A stretch of DNA of 63,520 bases, the filler included, from Lenisia limosa (taxonomy: Eukaryota; Protista; Breviatea), in NCBI GenBank assembly GCA_001655205.1. It is 12 parts of 12 records of this genome, joined end to end, with 100 filler letters (N's around TTAATTAATTAA, not from the genome) between each part and the next. Parts side by side here need not be neighbours in the genome. Positions count along the whole stretch, not along the records: positions 1 to 14,569 come from LPNZ01009705.1; positions 14,670 to 15,807 come from LPNZ01002136.1; positions 15,908 to 24,293 come from LPNZ01001181.1; positions 24,394 to 30,209 come from LPNZ01009124.1; 8 more parts are not named here. The stretch is one strand, 5' to 3'. The notes under the pieces were generated by a model. It worked only from the letters and a program-made list of their open reading frames with translations, searched no databases and was not told the DNA's origin. The position numbers were made by a program, and so were the translations under genes. This document shows, piece after piece, positions 13,609 through 25,434 of this stretch (position 1 is its first letter; the number at the start of each line of letters is the position of its first letter).

Positions 13609-14514
13609 ATGTCTCAGGTGGAAGAAATTGAGTCTTTCGAAGCGCCTGTCTTCCCAGCCTCACGCCATTATTCTGTCCTCTCCCAACTGTCAAGAAGAGA
13701 GTTTTTGCATTCCGCCCCGCGATTGAAGAGCATTTCCCGTCTACAGCAGTCAAATGGACATGGTGGGGGCAATACAATGGTCATTTTTTTGGAGTGGTGT
13801 GAAGGGATAAATCGGATATTTAGACATAGTTTCACCACAATAAAATGAAGGAAGAAAAATACAAATCGTACAAATTCTGTACCGAGAAAAATAGAAAGGA
13901 ACAAGGAAAAGCAACAACTAAATTTTATGGTAATTATTTGCCTTTATATGGAAATTTGTAGATAATATCCCTTTCAGATAATGACTCAGTCTGATATTCA
14001 AGATATCATATACCGACATATCTCAAAAATCTTATATTTTAGATATTGGATTGTATCAGCCAACATTCGATATTAGACCTTACCTCCATAAAACCTATAT
14101 TTCAGACATCACTGTATCTTGACATATTTCATCAATCTAATATTTTATCAAATAACTCTGATATTTTAGATATTTTATCCGGCCACTCCGGACCAGTGTC
14201 ATCAGTGGACATTGATCAAATCTCAAGTCAGTTGTAAGTACGGCTTCACTTCGGTTCAAAATAATACTGAAAGGGTTTATTTAGGGTAGTTTCAATATAT
14301 GATACTGTTTTCTACATTTCCCCTGTCTATATTTTCTGGAGTTGAGTGTGTATCGAGAAATGCTTAAGTAGGATCGTAGGCAGCACTAATTCCCACAGTT
14401 GTCTCACGGGTGGGAGTGATTCAAACATATGCTGCTACGACTTGTGTACCCCATCGGTTGTTAAGCCCTCCAAAGCTCTGTATAAACTGGGTCATGGGGG
14501 GCAGTCTTGGATAG
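13609..14514 (+). CDS. ERCC8: ERCC8/CSA-like WD40 protein, 5' exons (truncated at scaffold end)
   Basis: Exons 13609-13762, 14170-14233 and 14399-~14514 give VLSQLSRREF..SRLQQSNGH|DILSGHSGPVSSVDIDQISSQ|FCLTGGSDSNICCYDL. This parallels the CSA N-terminus (L..RE; LQ-x-SN..D...H-x-G-x-V-x-S-x-D-x-D..ll-SGG-x-D..I..YDL). Confidence 0.68.
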
Positions 14515-14569
14515 GTGGGGGGAGGGGGCTGTTCCAGTTTTCATTTCTCTTTTTTTTTTGGGGGGGGGG

Positions 14570-14669
14570 NNNNNNNNNNNNNNNNNNNNNNNNNNNNNNN
14601 NNNNNNNNNNNNNTTAATTAATTAANNNNNNNNNNNNNNNNNNNNNNNNNNNNNNNNNNNNNNNNNNNN
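14570..14669. other. Artificial scaffold linker N44-TTAATTAATTAA-N44; the same motif starts at 14614, 15852, 24338, 30254, 39651, 41851, 44102, 47180, 49198, 51736 and 53897
   Basis: An identical 12-mer with stops in all six frames, always centred in about 100 nt of N. Genes are cut off at these points. Confidence 0.97.
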
Positions 14670-14781
14670 GCAGAAGCGACTGGCCTAGGCTTTGTTTGTT
14701 TTGTTGTTTTCAAGTATATTACTAGCCAAGTGACTTGGGCTTTTTTTAATTACATAAATTTTCCAATTTTACCCCCTTTAG
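14670..14781 (+). mobile_element. IE-A intron 3'-cassette ending at acceptor AG
   Basis: GCAGAAGCGACTGGCCTAGGCTTTGTTTG...CATAAATTTTCCAATTTTACCCCCTTTAG|exon. Confidence 0.8.
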
Positions 14782-15807
14782 CTACCCCAGCCCCTATTCT
14801 TGGAAATGAGCCGTTTCGATGCGAATGCGGCGCCGCAGTCACTGGTCCAGATGACGTATACGTGGGAGGGGGTGTAGTATCGTATCTGCAGGGCTTCACT
14901 TCGGTTCGAAAAAAGACTGAATTTCTCGATAAATTCTTGAAAACTATCGATATTTTAGCAGACTTTTTCGAAATGAAGTGAAGCCCTAATTATAAGGAGG
15001 TATTATATAAAACAACAACAATCTATATCAGTTTGATATATTATTTGGAAGGTGATGAATATGCGTTTCTCTGTGTTTTTATTAGTTCACGAATTTTTCA
15101 TTTTTACTCCCCCCTTCTTTTGCGGTACTGCAGAAGCGACTGGCCTGGGTTTGTTTTGTTGTTATCCCAACAGAGTTAATTTTGGGTTCATAAATTTTCC
15201 AATTTTACACCCCAAGGTTCCCACTAATGGTGACGCTCCTCTCTTTACATGCCCTTTTTGCCAAGTCAAATCCCCGGTTTGTTACAGCATTTTTGTTCGT
15301 TTCTTTGTCTTTTTCCACATGCTAGCCAATAGTGTTGGAGCTGGGGAGTAAAATGAAGGAAATTACGCCAAAGAATATTGAGTTTGGGGTTTTTTTTTTT
15401 TAGTTTTGCACCCCCCCCCCCCNNNNNNNNNNNNNNNNNNNNNNNNNNNNNNNNNNNNNNNNNNNNNNNNNNNNNNNNNNNNNNNNNNNNNNNNNNNNNN
15501 AGTACAATATTCCTGGGCTAATTTCCTTTGTTTTGCTCCCCAGCTCCCAGCTCCCAGCATTATAACTTTACTATATGATATATGATATATATGATATACT
15601 GTATATGCAGAAGCGACTGGCGGCTTTGTTTGTTTGGTTGTTATCAACCTTCGTGTGTTGTCAGCCAACAGAATTGACTTTGGCTTTTTTTTGTTTCATA
15701 AATTTTCCAGTTTTACTCCCCCCCCCCAGCTCCCAGACGACATCGCTATTCCGTCTGGTCCGTCCGATTACGTAATCACTGCTCCTCCTCTCAGCGATCC
15801 CGTGAGA
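14782..15807 (+). CDS. Fragment with a Sec23/Sec24-type zinc finger
   Basis: Exons 14782-14861, 15217-15264 and 15730-15807 read GNEPFRCECGAAVTGPDDVY|VPTNGDAPLFTCPFCQ|LPDDIAIPSGPSDYVITAPP: CxC...CPFC spacing followed by a DY-V-I motif. Confidence 0.5.
14891..14986. mobile_element. MITE-A, 96 bp, intronic
   Basis: GGGCTTCACTTCGGTTCGAAAAAAGAC...CGAAATGAAGTGAAGCCC-TA. Confidence 0.88.
15122..15216 (+). mobile_element. IE-A intron 3'-cassette (internally shortened) ending at acceptor AG
   Basis: GCGGTACTGCAGAAGCGACTGGCCTGGG...CCAACAGAGTTAATTTTGGG.TTCATAAATTTTCCAATTTTACACCCCAAG|exon. Confidence 0.8.
15606..15729 (+). mobile_element. IE-A intron 3'-cassette, near-consensus copy ending at acceptor AG
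   Basis: TGCAGAAGCGACTGG..ATCAACCTTCGTGTGTTGTCAGCCAACAGAATTGACTTTGGC..GTTTCATAAATTTTCCAGTTTTACT(C)nAG|exon. Confidence 0.85.
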
Positions 15808-16327
15808 NNNNNNNNNNNNNNNNNNNNNNNNNNNNNNNNNNNNNNNNNNNNTTAATTAATTAANNNNNNNNNNNNNNNNNNNNNNNNNNNNNNNNNNNNN
15901 NNNNNNNCCCCCCCCCCCTCCCGTAAAAACTGTTCAATTGAAGAAAACTTGAATTTCCCCGGAAGGAAGGTTCGAGAGAGCTCAAAGATCCTCTGTTTTA
16001 GAAAAAGTCAGGATAGAATTGAATTGGATATTTTCTTCCTTGATGGGGCAATTTCCTGATTTCTCGATGTTCGATGCACCGTATCCTCTTATATATATAT
16101 TTCAATAACAATCATTTTTGACAACAAAGGAGATCAGGAAACTGGTTTTTTTTCCAAAAAAAAAAAACTAGTGCAAGACTAACCCAAAAATTTCGATGCA
16201 CATCTCCTTAATCTTCAAAATAGAAGAAGTTGTCCAACTTTGAATTTATTTCCATAAACACGGAATTACAATCTTCCTATTATTAGACATTTATATTTTA
16301 AATATTTAATACATCAACCCCTCTCAC

Positions 16328-19300
16328 GGGGGTCCTGACATAAAGGAGATAGTTACAAGCCCTTGCTTTTCATCATTGCCCATTTTGGTAAGTTTGAATT
16401 GCGGTGCCCTACTCTTATATACCAAATCTGGGAAGAAAATCTGAAAGTAATAAGAAAGGACAATGGGATGACTCTTGCGATACTGATTTGTAAAAAGAAT
16501 ACTGTAAAAACCACTCATTAACCACAAGTTATTCAGAATACCACCCCGCCCCCAACATTGAACTTGTACCCTTGTACAACCTGAAAAGAGTGAGTTGAAA
16601 TGAAGAAGTTGAATACATAAGAAAATGAGATAATATGTGAATTGAAACTAAATTATGGTGACACATATGATATCCGCTAGTGATATGATCATTTGACCGA
16701 TTTTCGAGTCGAAATGATAAACGGAGATAGCAAGAAGATTTATCCTACAAGTGGATATGAGGTAGCATATCACTGAGTGGAAAATGATAGTTTATAAGTG
16801 TGAAGAACAAAAAAGTGGTATTGAATATGTTGTGGGTTTGCTCTAACCTTCGGAGGTGTTATGTTGAATCTGTTATGGGTACGCTCTAACCTTCGGAGGT
16901 GTTATGTTGAATATGTTACGGGTATGCTCTAACCTTCGGAGGTGTTGTTTCTTCGAAATGTGACTTCATGTACAGATTCCACTCAAAACCACAATGCACA
17001 CGGTTAAAGTAGCTGCAATTGTAAGGCATTGTTATTGTATCTTCTATAATAGCGAGATCATCATAAATAATCACTCACGCTGGTTTTCTTCTTTTGTACT
17101 GAGCTTCCCACTCGTATTGAACCTTCGGCAATTCAACCTGTGATAATGTTAAACCTAAGCCTGTCCCACATTAATGATACTGTGTAAATCTTGTAGCCAG
17201 TCAGCTTTTCCAACGTGACCATCACTGCCCCCCAAACCTCATCTGCAAATACCTCACTGAATAGTTCAAAACCGCCTGTTGGGTGAGAGCCATTTGAGAG
17301 ATATTTGTTAAGAATTACAATCCTTTCAGAGCAGAGAATACCCCTCACTGATCTCGTCTCGGACTCTTTGAAGCTCATCTTCGTCCGTACCGTAGATTCC
17401 TAATTCTAGAGAGGGGGTGAGGAACTGAATGAATGGAAATATGCAAGGTATTTCTCAACAAGACAATTATTAACACTGTAAAGTAGGTTATAGGGTCGAA
17501 AAATAATGACTTGCGTAATTTAGATTTAGTGTAATAAAAAAGTAATTCTTATTGACATGAGAGAACAACAGTTATAATTATCATACTGACCAAAACATTA
17601 GTTAAATTCTACTAAAAAGTAAAAAGATGACATCACCGTAAGTTTGTGTTCGGATATCCGTGATAATTTTCTGGAACAATAACCTGCTTAGGGTCTCCTC
17701 ACCTCTTGCTTTTTGTTCCAGTTGTTTTGAGCGTTCCATTACAATTTTTTGTTGGGCAGCAAGCCTAGTTCTGACAGATGAGGGGTATGAAAGAATGCAA
17801 GCCTAGTTCTGACAGATGAGGGGTATGAAAAAAATGTAAGTTCTAGGTTGAGGGTGTAAGACTTAAAACAGAAAATAATGCTTCAAAGAATCTTTACCCA
17901 AACTATTTAATACACTACTTAAACGTATGCTACTTCCGATACCTGTAGATCAGGGTCTGGTCGAATATCGGTTCAACAACATCAAACGGATCCACCTTGA
18001 GCTGATTTTGTTAATTTCACAAATCATTTAAAGGGAGCTTGCATCAAATCAAAAGATTGGTAATAGTATAGGTGAGTTTGTTCTAAAATCAAAGAAAAAT
18101 CATGAATGCTCATTTTCACACAATTTGAATCCTAAAACAAAAATCAGACACAAACATTTTTGAGACAATTCAAGATCATAATCTCTGAAAAGTTCATCAT
18201 TTCATGATTTATATTTCAAAGAATGCTGACATTCAATGAACATTAAGGCTCTCCCCATAATTAAGTCGAAATTTTGAATAAATAAGCATGCTGCCTTCAC
18301 TATAAGAGGATAGATAGTAAAACCAGAGAGGGACAAACTTTGATGGCAAGGATGATGGGAGAACCAACAAAAAGTGGCTGGGCAAACACAAAGCACAAAA
18401 CATAACAAAACAAACATGCACACATCTAGTATTAAAATCAAAACAACAGCACAAAAAACAACAAAAAAAAAAAGGAACACAGGTCAAAGGTTACTTTATA
18501 AGTATTAAGCTGAGGGGAATAATAACAGGGTATAATAGGTTATGTTGTACAATCTCCAAAAGTTATGATAAATTTAAGCCTATTTTGTAGAAGGTTAGAT
18601 TTGACCAATCTTTACATCAGGTCTGACAACATTCAAGCAAAAAGAGCCCGAAGTGACCTGTAACTGACCTTTATTTATGACTTTGACATCACAATATCCT
18701 GTCTTTGTAGTTAAGTTTATTTGAAAATTGAAAAAATGTATATACTAGTATGATATGTCTTCCATCGTCCAAGCATTTTTATTCATCTTCAAAAAAGCGG
18801 TCGCAGTCATGCTACATACAGGTCGCGGTCGTGTGCATATCATACATAGCCAAAGATGTATGTTTCCTATTACATGTATACGACTACTATGATGGTATAT
18901 TCTTAGAATATTGGAGTAATAAATCGGGAGGGAAGGTATGGGAGAGCGGCGATGGAATATCAATTGCTTACACTCGTATGTGTTTTTTTAAAAAATGATA
19001 ATGATATATCATATATCATATTATATAGTATACTATATTATATTATGCATAATACACAATTTTTAATATGATATGATAAGTATGTATTAATCACTTAGAA
19101 AGTTAAGATGGGGTAAAAGAATACTAAATACAAAAACAAATTCAATTACAAGGACTTCAAATATATACCCCACTTCGCACCTCCTTGCAGGTATGAAGAA
19201 TCGGTTCGTATTCACCAGGTGGCAATGGGGGCAGGTCATCTTCACTACATTGGTTACACAACAAGAAGGAAATCTGGAGGCAATCTCAGTAGTAATACTC

Positions 19301-20054
19301 ATTTCAAATTTCACTAATTCAGCATACTAAACTTCTTCCTGTATATTGAGCACCGCTACAGCTTTTTGTCGGGGAGGTCCTGGGTGATCAAGATTTATCC
19401 GTCCAGACTGAAATCCATCCTTCAAACAAAAACAGAATAGTTGGGTTCTGGTTCTTATCCAAGTATCAGCTTAATAGCACTCCATCATACTGGCTAGCCT
19501 GTCTACTTTGATGTATTCAGCCTGTGGTTTTGGAACAATCGCCCGAGACTCCATCAGTTCCTATCGAATAAGACGAAACAGACAGAAGATTCTCCTCACC
19601 GTCATCTTAATATTTTTTTTGTACTCATCCCGATTCTGAATTTCTTTCAACTTCTCTTCATTTCCCTAAAGTGAGTATGAGAGATTGTAGTGAAGAATCC
19701 AGGTTTTGATGGAAGCCTACCTCAGCTTCTTTCATTTGCCTCTCGGCAATGATAGCACCTTTCTTCTTCCTGTATGATATTACAGAAATAAGAGGAAAAT
19801 AAAAGTAGATACAACAGCAAGAAGGGAAGAAAGGCGTGTTCAATGAGGCTCACAGCTTCTTTTTCACTCGCTGTTGCCTCTTCTTGAGCTGTTTTGCCTT
19901 GTCTTCAGTACGTTTAACTTCAATAAACTTTTCATCACCTCTAAAGGTGATGATTTGATCATCATCCCCTTCTATCTCCATGATGAGTCAATCAATCTCA
20001 CTGTTTTCAGGGTCAGGCAGGATTTTTCTTTCTTTTTTAACTTTTTTTAAATCG
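16328..20054 (-). CDS. CACTIN: Cactin (spliceosomal C* factor); start and last exon(s) not located
   Basis: Exons give FSEVFADE|VELPKVQYEWEAQYKRRKP|AYFNRVHCGFEWNLYMKSHFEETTPPK|VVQGYKFN|IFFPDLVYKSRAPQFKLTK...VTISFMSGPP, matching the cactin C-terminal domain (RKPRYFNRV.TG.EWNKY..THYD.DNPPPK.VQGYKFNIFYPDL). Upstream exons are K/E-rich. Confidence 0.85.
16821..16946. repeat. Three tandem copies of a 43-bp unit that includes a cactin exon end and splice donor
   Basis: Units start at 16821, 16864 and 16907; each contains GCTCTAACCTTCGGAGGTGTT. Confidence 0.9.
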
Positions 20055-20210
20055 CTGATCAACGAAAAGTTTGTTTCCCAGACAAAGACAAGACTACTAC
20101 TATTCAACAAACAACCACAAATTATCGTTTTATGTCTGCTATGATAATAAAGAATGCCAATTATTAAGAATCCAAAGTATCTGATGAAGGAATTCTATCA
20201 ACACTAGTGC

Positions 20211-21178
20211 TTAGTTCTTCTTCTCCTGCTCCTGGCCGTGGAGGAAGTCAGTGAACTCCTGCAAAAGATTAGAAAAGGTTTTTTCAAAAATAGCACAGAG
20301 AATGATAATATGTTGAAGGATGATATAGTTGCGTACTTGATAGGGAGTCCAGCGGAAGTTGGTCTCGGACCAGAGATCGGGGGTCAGGTACATGTAAGAA
20401 GAGGCAATAGCGTAGAAGGTGGCCTTGGCGAAGTTACCGAGAGTACGGGTGGAACCGTATGAAGCAGTGAAGCAATCCTCGACACCAGCGAAAGAAAGAA
20501 TCTTCTTGGGGACACCACCAGCAACGATACCGGCACCACGGGGAGCGGGGATGAGCTTGACAGTAACGGAGCCGCACTTGCCATGAAGCTTGCAGGGAAC
20601 GGTGTGGGGAGCACCAATCTTGTTACCCCAGTATCCACGACGAATGGGGAGAATGTTGAGCTTAGCGGCAGTGATGGCACCACGGATAGCGACAGCAACT
20701 TCCTTAGCGCACTTAACACCGAGACCAACGTGTCCGTTGTTATCACCAACGACGACGGTAGCCTTGAAACGGGTACGTTGACCAGCACGGGTCTGCTTCT
20801 GGACAGGAGAGATCTTGAGAACCTCCTCCTGGAGTCCACCACCGATGAAGTGCTCGATGATTTCAACTTCCTTGATGGGAAGAGAGAAAAGGAAGATGGT
20901 CTCGAGGTCCTTGATCTTGTGAGCCTGGACGAGACTATATGGGTCAGAATCAGAAGTTCAAATTAACCAATTGTTTCTCACACCAGTGGAATCAACAAAA
21001 AAATGGTGTACCAAGCTCAAAACCCTTCATACCGGCCAAGCTTGGTAACTGGCTTCCATCCTTCCTTCTTGTCGTCACCACGACCACGTCCGCGACCACG
21101 GCCACGGCCACGGCCACGACCGAAGCCACCACGGCCACGGGGACGATCACCGGCGGTCTGAGTATTCTGTTCAGCCAT
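20211..21178 (-). CDS. RPS2: 40S ribosomal protein S2 (uS5), complete, 3 exons, 263 aa
   Basis: Exons 21178-21033, 20934-20337 and 20258-20211. RG-rich N-terminus, [40 protein letters not shown]|EFTDFL, TAA stop. Reading frames join exactly. Confidence 0.98.
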
Positions 21179-21621
21179 TGCGGAAAATAAAGGTCCAAAA
21201 AATATAAAAAAAATAACAATAAGAGAACGAACTGAACTGGTCACCTAGTTAGTCTCTTAAAACCACGGGTACAGCACATTCAGTTTCTTCACAGTTTAAA
21301 ATATTAATTAATACTTTAATAAGCAACAAACACAGAACTTACCAGCAACCCAGCAACACACAAACAAGCAAAAACAGAAGCTTATCAAGAACAAATGCTG
21401 CTGGTCCAAGGTTATATACTTCCCAAAATGGCAGCTGGTTTTGGTCTCTCTTGCTTCTTAAGCATGAAACTTTTCAACAACAACAACAAAGAGATACACT
21501 GTTTAACTGAAGTCCATTTAATTAGTTTTCCTCTTTTTGGGAACAACCCATCTTGATCAGTTCCACTAAACTACTTCCAAATTAGTACATTTCAGGTACA
21601 TTTGGCCCGCTAGGCCTTAAA

Positions 21622-24176
21622 ATGACAGAAGATGATGCGCCAGACGATACCGAAGTGATATCAGCGACAAGAAAGGCACCAGCGATATCCAAAGATGTCG
21701 AAGCTTCTCTTTCAAAAAGCCTTTTGGCTTCTCTTGATGTAAGAAAGATTTTAAAGAGCAAAAAACTTATTTAAGCAGGCAGACAGCTTCTACCATGTAA
21801 TGAACAGATGGGCGACCCAAGGCGAGGCTGAGCTTGCTGTCATGGTGGGGAGATTTCTTTGATGGAATGTGTTGTTTAATTTATCTGACTTATTGATGAT
21901 ATGTGAGGATGTGAGGAGGCTATGCGTCAAAATTAAATTGTATTACATGTCAAAGTGGTAATGGTGATATGTCAAAGTGGTAATGGTGACAGAGCGCATG
22001 CACTTTAGCGAGTAGAAATGTGACATTGATCGTGTCTTTTACCCTGAGGGCTGACCTTGTCATTGAATGATCTATTGCCAAAGTGTCATTGTTTAACCTT
22101 CCGCTAGTCGAAATCTATTGAGTCCGTAGCAAAGCCCTACATGGATGGACTCAAGTGTCTTCATGAGGTAGGCGGGTGTTATCTTCTACTGATTCTAGTA
22201 ATTGCGTTTGAGTTGTATGGAATGCGTATTGACCTCCAGGGCTTTTGAGTTGTATGGAAGGGCTTTTGTACACATTTCCCCCACCAACGTTCCAGGGTAT
22301 GGAAGCGAACAAACATGAGTTTCAAACGTCTCAATCGTTGGGGGAGGTTCATTAATTCTTATTGATGACTTCCCGCTCTTCTTATGATTTCTTATGATGT
22401 TTCCCAGTTTCGAATAGCATCTTGCCGATTTTGATTGTTTGACCATGATAGGCTTGGTGATTCCTGGACAAAAATAACGAAATATCTTTCGGCAAACGCA
22501 GCGCAGGAGGCGTCTAGGTGATGGAGGTGATGATTTATCAAGAAAGTGGTCAAAGGAACAGTTTCTAACGAGGCATTTCCAACTGTTCAGGTGGCACGAA
22601 TTGAGCAGCCGTGCCAGACTTGATATTTCACATTTTCTTGGAAAATACAAAGCTATGTATAAGGAGGTGGGCTAATATTGGGATATTTGTGATGTTGAAG
22701 GTACTGGAGACTTTTGCTTGCCTTCATGTTGACTATGAAAAAGTATCACGAGCGGTCAAAGGTGTAGGTTTGGGAAAGTTTTTTTTTATTTCAAATGTCC
22801 TCAACAAACCATCTCTTTACTAATAGAACCGTGCCGACCTCCAAGGAAAGAGCCAGACTGTTGACAGATTAGCCACCAATCTTCACCGAGCCTCCCAGAC
22901 AAATCTGACGGAGGGCGAGCTGAAAAAAGTGTGTTTTTATTTGGGTGATGGGACATTCCGAACGAATGTCAACGCAGTTCAGACTTTTTTTTTTTGTTTG
23001 TTTTTTTCTTCTTCTTTTTCAATATGGACTTAATTAGGGTAAACCATCATGGGAACACCACCACGTCAATCAATTTGTATTTACAATTTTTTTCTCTAAT
23101 ATTTATTTAATGCTTGTTACTTTGCAAAATGTAGCCAAATTTCCAAGAAAAATTGTTCAAAAGTCAGGAGTGGATGTCACTATTCGCACAAGGAAAAAAG
23201 TAAAGAAGTCCAGAGGGGAAGTCCAAATTTTCACAAATTGTTTCAAACTAAAAACTTCCAATTTTAGTTTGAAAAAAAGTCTGTACTGGATGTCGGAACA
23301 AGCCTATACTGTGTTGACGCTCCCGGATATTTCAACAAACAAGAATTTTCAACAGGGGAATCTGTCATAAACGGCTAACTATTCTGATTTTTTAGATGGT
23401 AAAGGTACTCAAAGAAACCGAACAACAAAGAAAGGCTGCAGAAATAGCCCTTGGGGAGGCTTTGGATGTTCGAAGAGAGTTCATGGAGAAGTACAAGTCA
23501 GAAGTCACACACATTTCTGATGTAAGGGGGAGGGGGGGGGGGCAATGCACAGATTTTCATTTAAAGTGTTTCCATTTTGTATGACTAATTCTAGAGGGTA
23601 GTCCATGCGGAGTGCATGAGAATCGGAGTTGGTAAACTAACTATCAAATGTGGGTCAGATGATCAATAATTGATTTATTTGCCTTTGTTTGATGATCCTT
23701 TTGTTATCTTTAGACTTCGTTGGTTCAGTAATGAACATCAAAAACAATTCCACGAAGTTATTGGACGAACTTGTTGATATTGTAAGCAGTTACTTCCACT
23801 ACTCATCCTCTTTTCATCTTATTTTTTGTAGCCTGTCCAGCCTGAAGAAGATGTCAAGAAAATGATCGTGAGTGTTTTCTTGTTTTTCTATCCTGTTTAT
23901 GAGATCTGCATCAAAATTGGCCCTCATCCCCTCAGGAGGACGTGGGTTTAGGAAACACACGTGGCATCTTTGGTGAAGTTATCGATGACTTGATGGCAGA
24001 TGATAATGCCAGTTTGCAACGTGTCAAGGTGGACGGAGCTCTTTGTTATTCAGTTTTATTTTTAAGAATCTTAAAGATGTTTCAATTTTCGATGAGAGAA
24101 TCCACAATGACATAACTTTTGTGACATTTTAGTTTACTTACGCCCCGCCCTCGTCCGAGGCACTTGACTCTTTAAG
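21622..24176 (+). CDS. F-BAR-like domain protein, possibly followed by RhoGAP (3' truncated at scaffold end)
   Basis: More than 10 short helical exons (RWHELSSRARLDISHFLGKYKAMYKE; LKETEQQRKAAEIALGEALDVRREFMEKY; HAECMRIG; VQPEEDVKKMI) fit F-BAR, including the terminal 'E-x-D-V/I..f/mI' motif. These are followed by 'GIFGEVIDDL', resembling the (V/I)FG motif that precedes RhoGAP domains. Confidence 0.55.
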
Positions 24177-24504
24177 GTAATGATCGTACGTACCATCATT
24201 ATATCATATGATATATTATACATATCATATACTATACTATATGCGTCCGTTCAAAATTCCGGTTTTTTTGCCAATTCCGGTTTTTAGACAATCNNNNNNN
24301 NNNNNNNNNNNNNNNNNNNNNNNNNNNNNNNNNNNNNTTAATTAATTAANNNNNNNNNNNNNNNNNNNNNNNNNNNNNNNNNNNNNNNNNNNNATCTCGT
24401 TACGAAGTACTAAGAAGACTGCCAAGCGCAAAATGAACCATTTCGACGCACTTAGAGAATCGGGAGTGGGTCAAATGCTCGTAGACTCCTCTCCATTGTT
24501 ACTT

Positions 24505-24747
24505 TTAGCATTACGGTCCCAAAGCGACCGAATCTCCCGATAAATCCTCGATCAATATCGGTGCATAACCCGGATTTTTCGGACCGTAGGGAAGCATTGG
24601 TATTCCTCCAATGTTTTTTTGAAGCAGAACGAAATCAAAATAACAACCTCACTATCGGAACTAGGCCTTGACTTCAGTTCGAAAAAGACTGATAAAATAT
24701 CGATATTTATCGAAGATTTTTTTTTTTTCAAAACCAAAGTGAAGCCC
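24505..24747. mobile_element. Adjacent MITE-B (~24505-24597) and MITE-A (24664-24747) copies
   Basis: TACGGTCCC...GGACCGTAGGGAAGC, then GGCCTTGACTTCAGTTCG...AAAGTGAAGCCC. Both carry the shared TCGA-rich core. Confidence 0.7.
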
Positions 24748-25434
24748 AGTATCATAACTTTGAATACCATCACCAAAGTAATCTAACATTGATTATAGAC
24801 TTATCACAACTCACCACCCCCACCCCCCCAGAGGCGACGAGCTCGCTCACTCTCCGACGTCGACGTGACGCGCAACGTATCGCTACATGGCCTGCCGACA
24901 CATCTTAAGGTCAATAAGGCCATGAGGTGGTCTTCGTGGTCTTCTACTACATCCCAAGTCTCGGGTGAATCTTCCTGTGGGGGGGGGGGGGGNNNNNNNN
25001 NNNNNNNNNNNNNNNNNNNNNNNNNNNNNNNNNNNNNNNNNNNNNNNNNNNNNNNNNNNNNNNNNNNNNNNNNNNNNNNGACTGTTGTTGATTAGAGCTG
25101 GGTTTATCCTTGTTTCTTAAGCCTCTTGAAACTAGGCCATAGAGATCCGGCTCTTTGATTACCGCTGTTTCACGATTCCTTGTTTGGAATAGCCTAAGGA
25201 TCATATCTAATTTGCCTAACTCTGACTTTACCAGGAGAACCCGTGACGCTGATTTCTATATCCAAATTGTTTCCCATGTTTTTACTGTATATGTTAAGTT
25301 ATGTTCGAGGCAGAGTGGTGCTTAAATGCAGATATCTCTTAAGTAGCTCAGGGGTTGTCAGGGTTTTTTTTTAGCGCGGAGTCTTCCAATTCGAATTCAT
25401 ACTAGCGAGAACATAAAAATCTTTTGTTGGCAAT

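Noticed and set aside
20935-21032. C/D-box snoRNA in RPS2 intron 1
   Set aside because: CTGA boxes are present, but there is no convincing RUGAUGA box C or terminal stem.
20238-21190. Plus-strand ORFs (20238, 20583, 20590, 20939)
   Set aside because: They are antisense shadows of RPS2.
22195-22650. 151-aa minus-strand ORF
   Set aside because: It lies antisense to exons of the F-BAR-like gene and has no recognisable motif.
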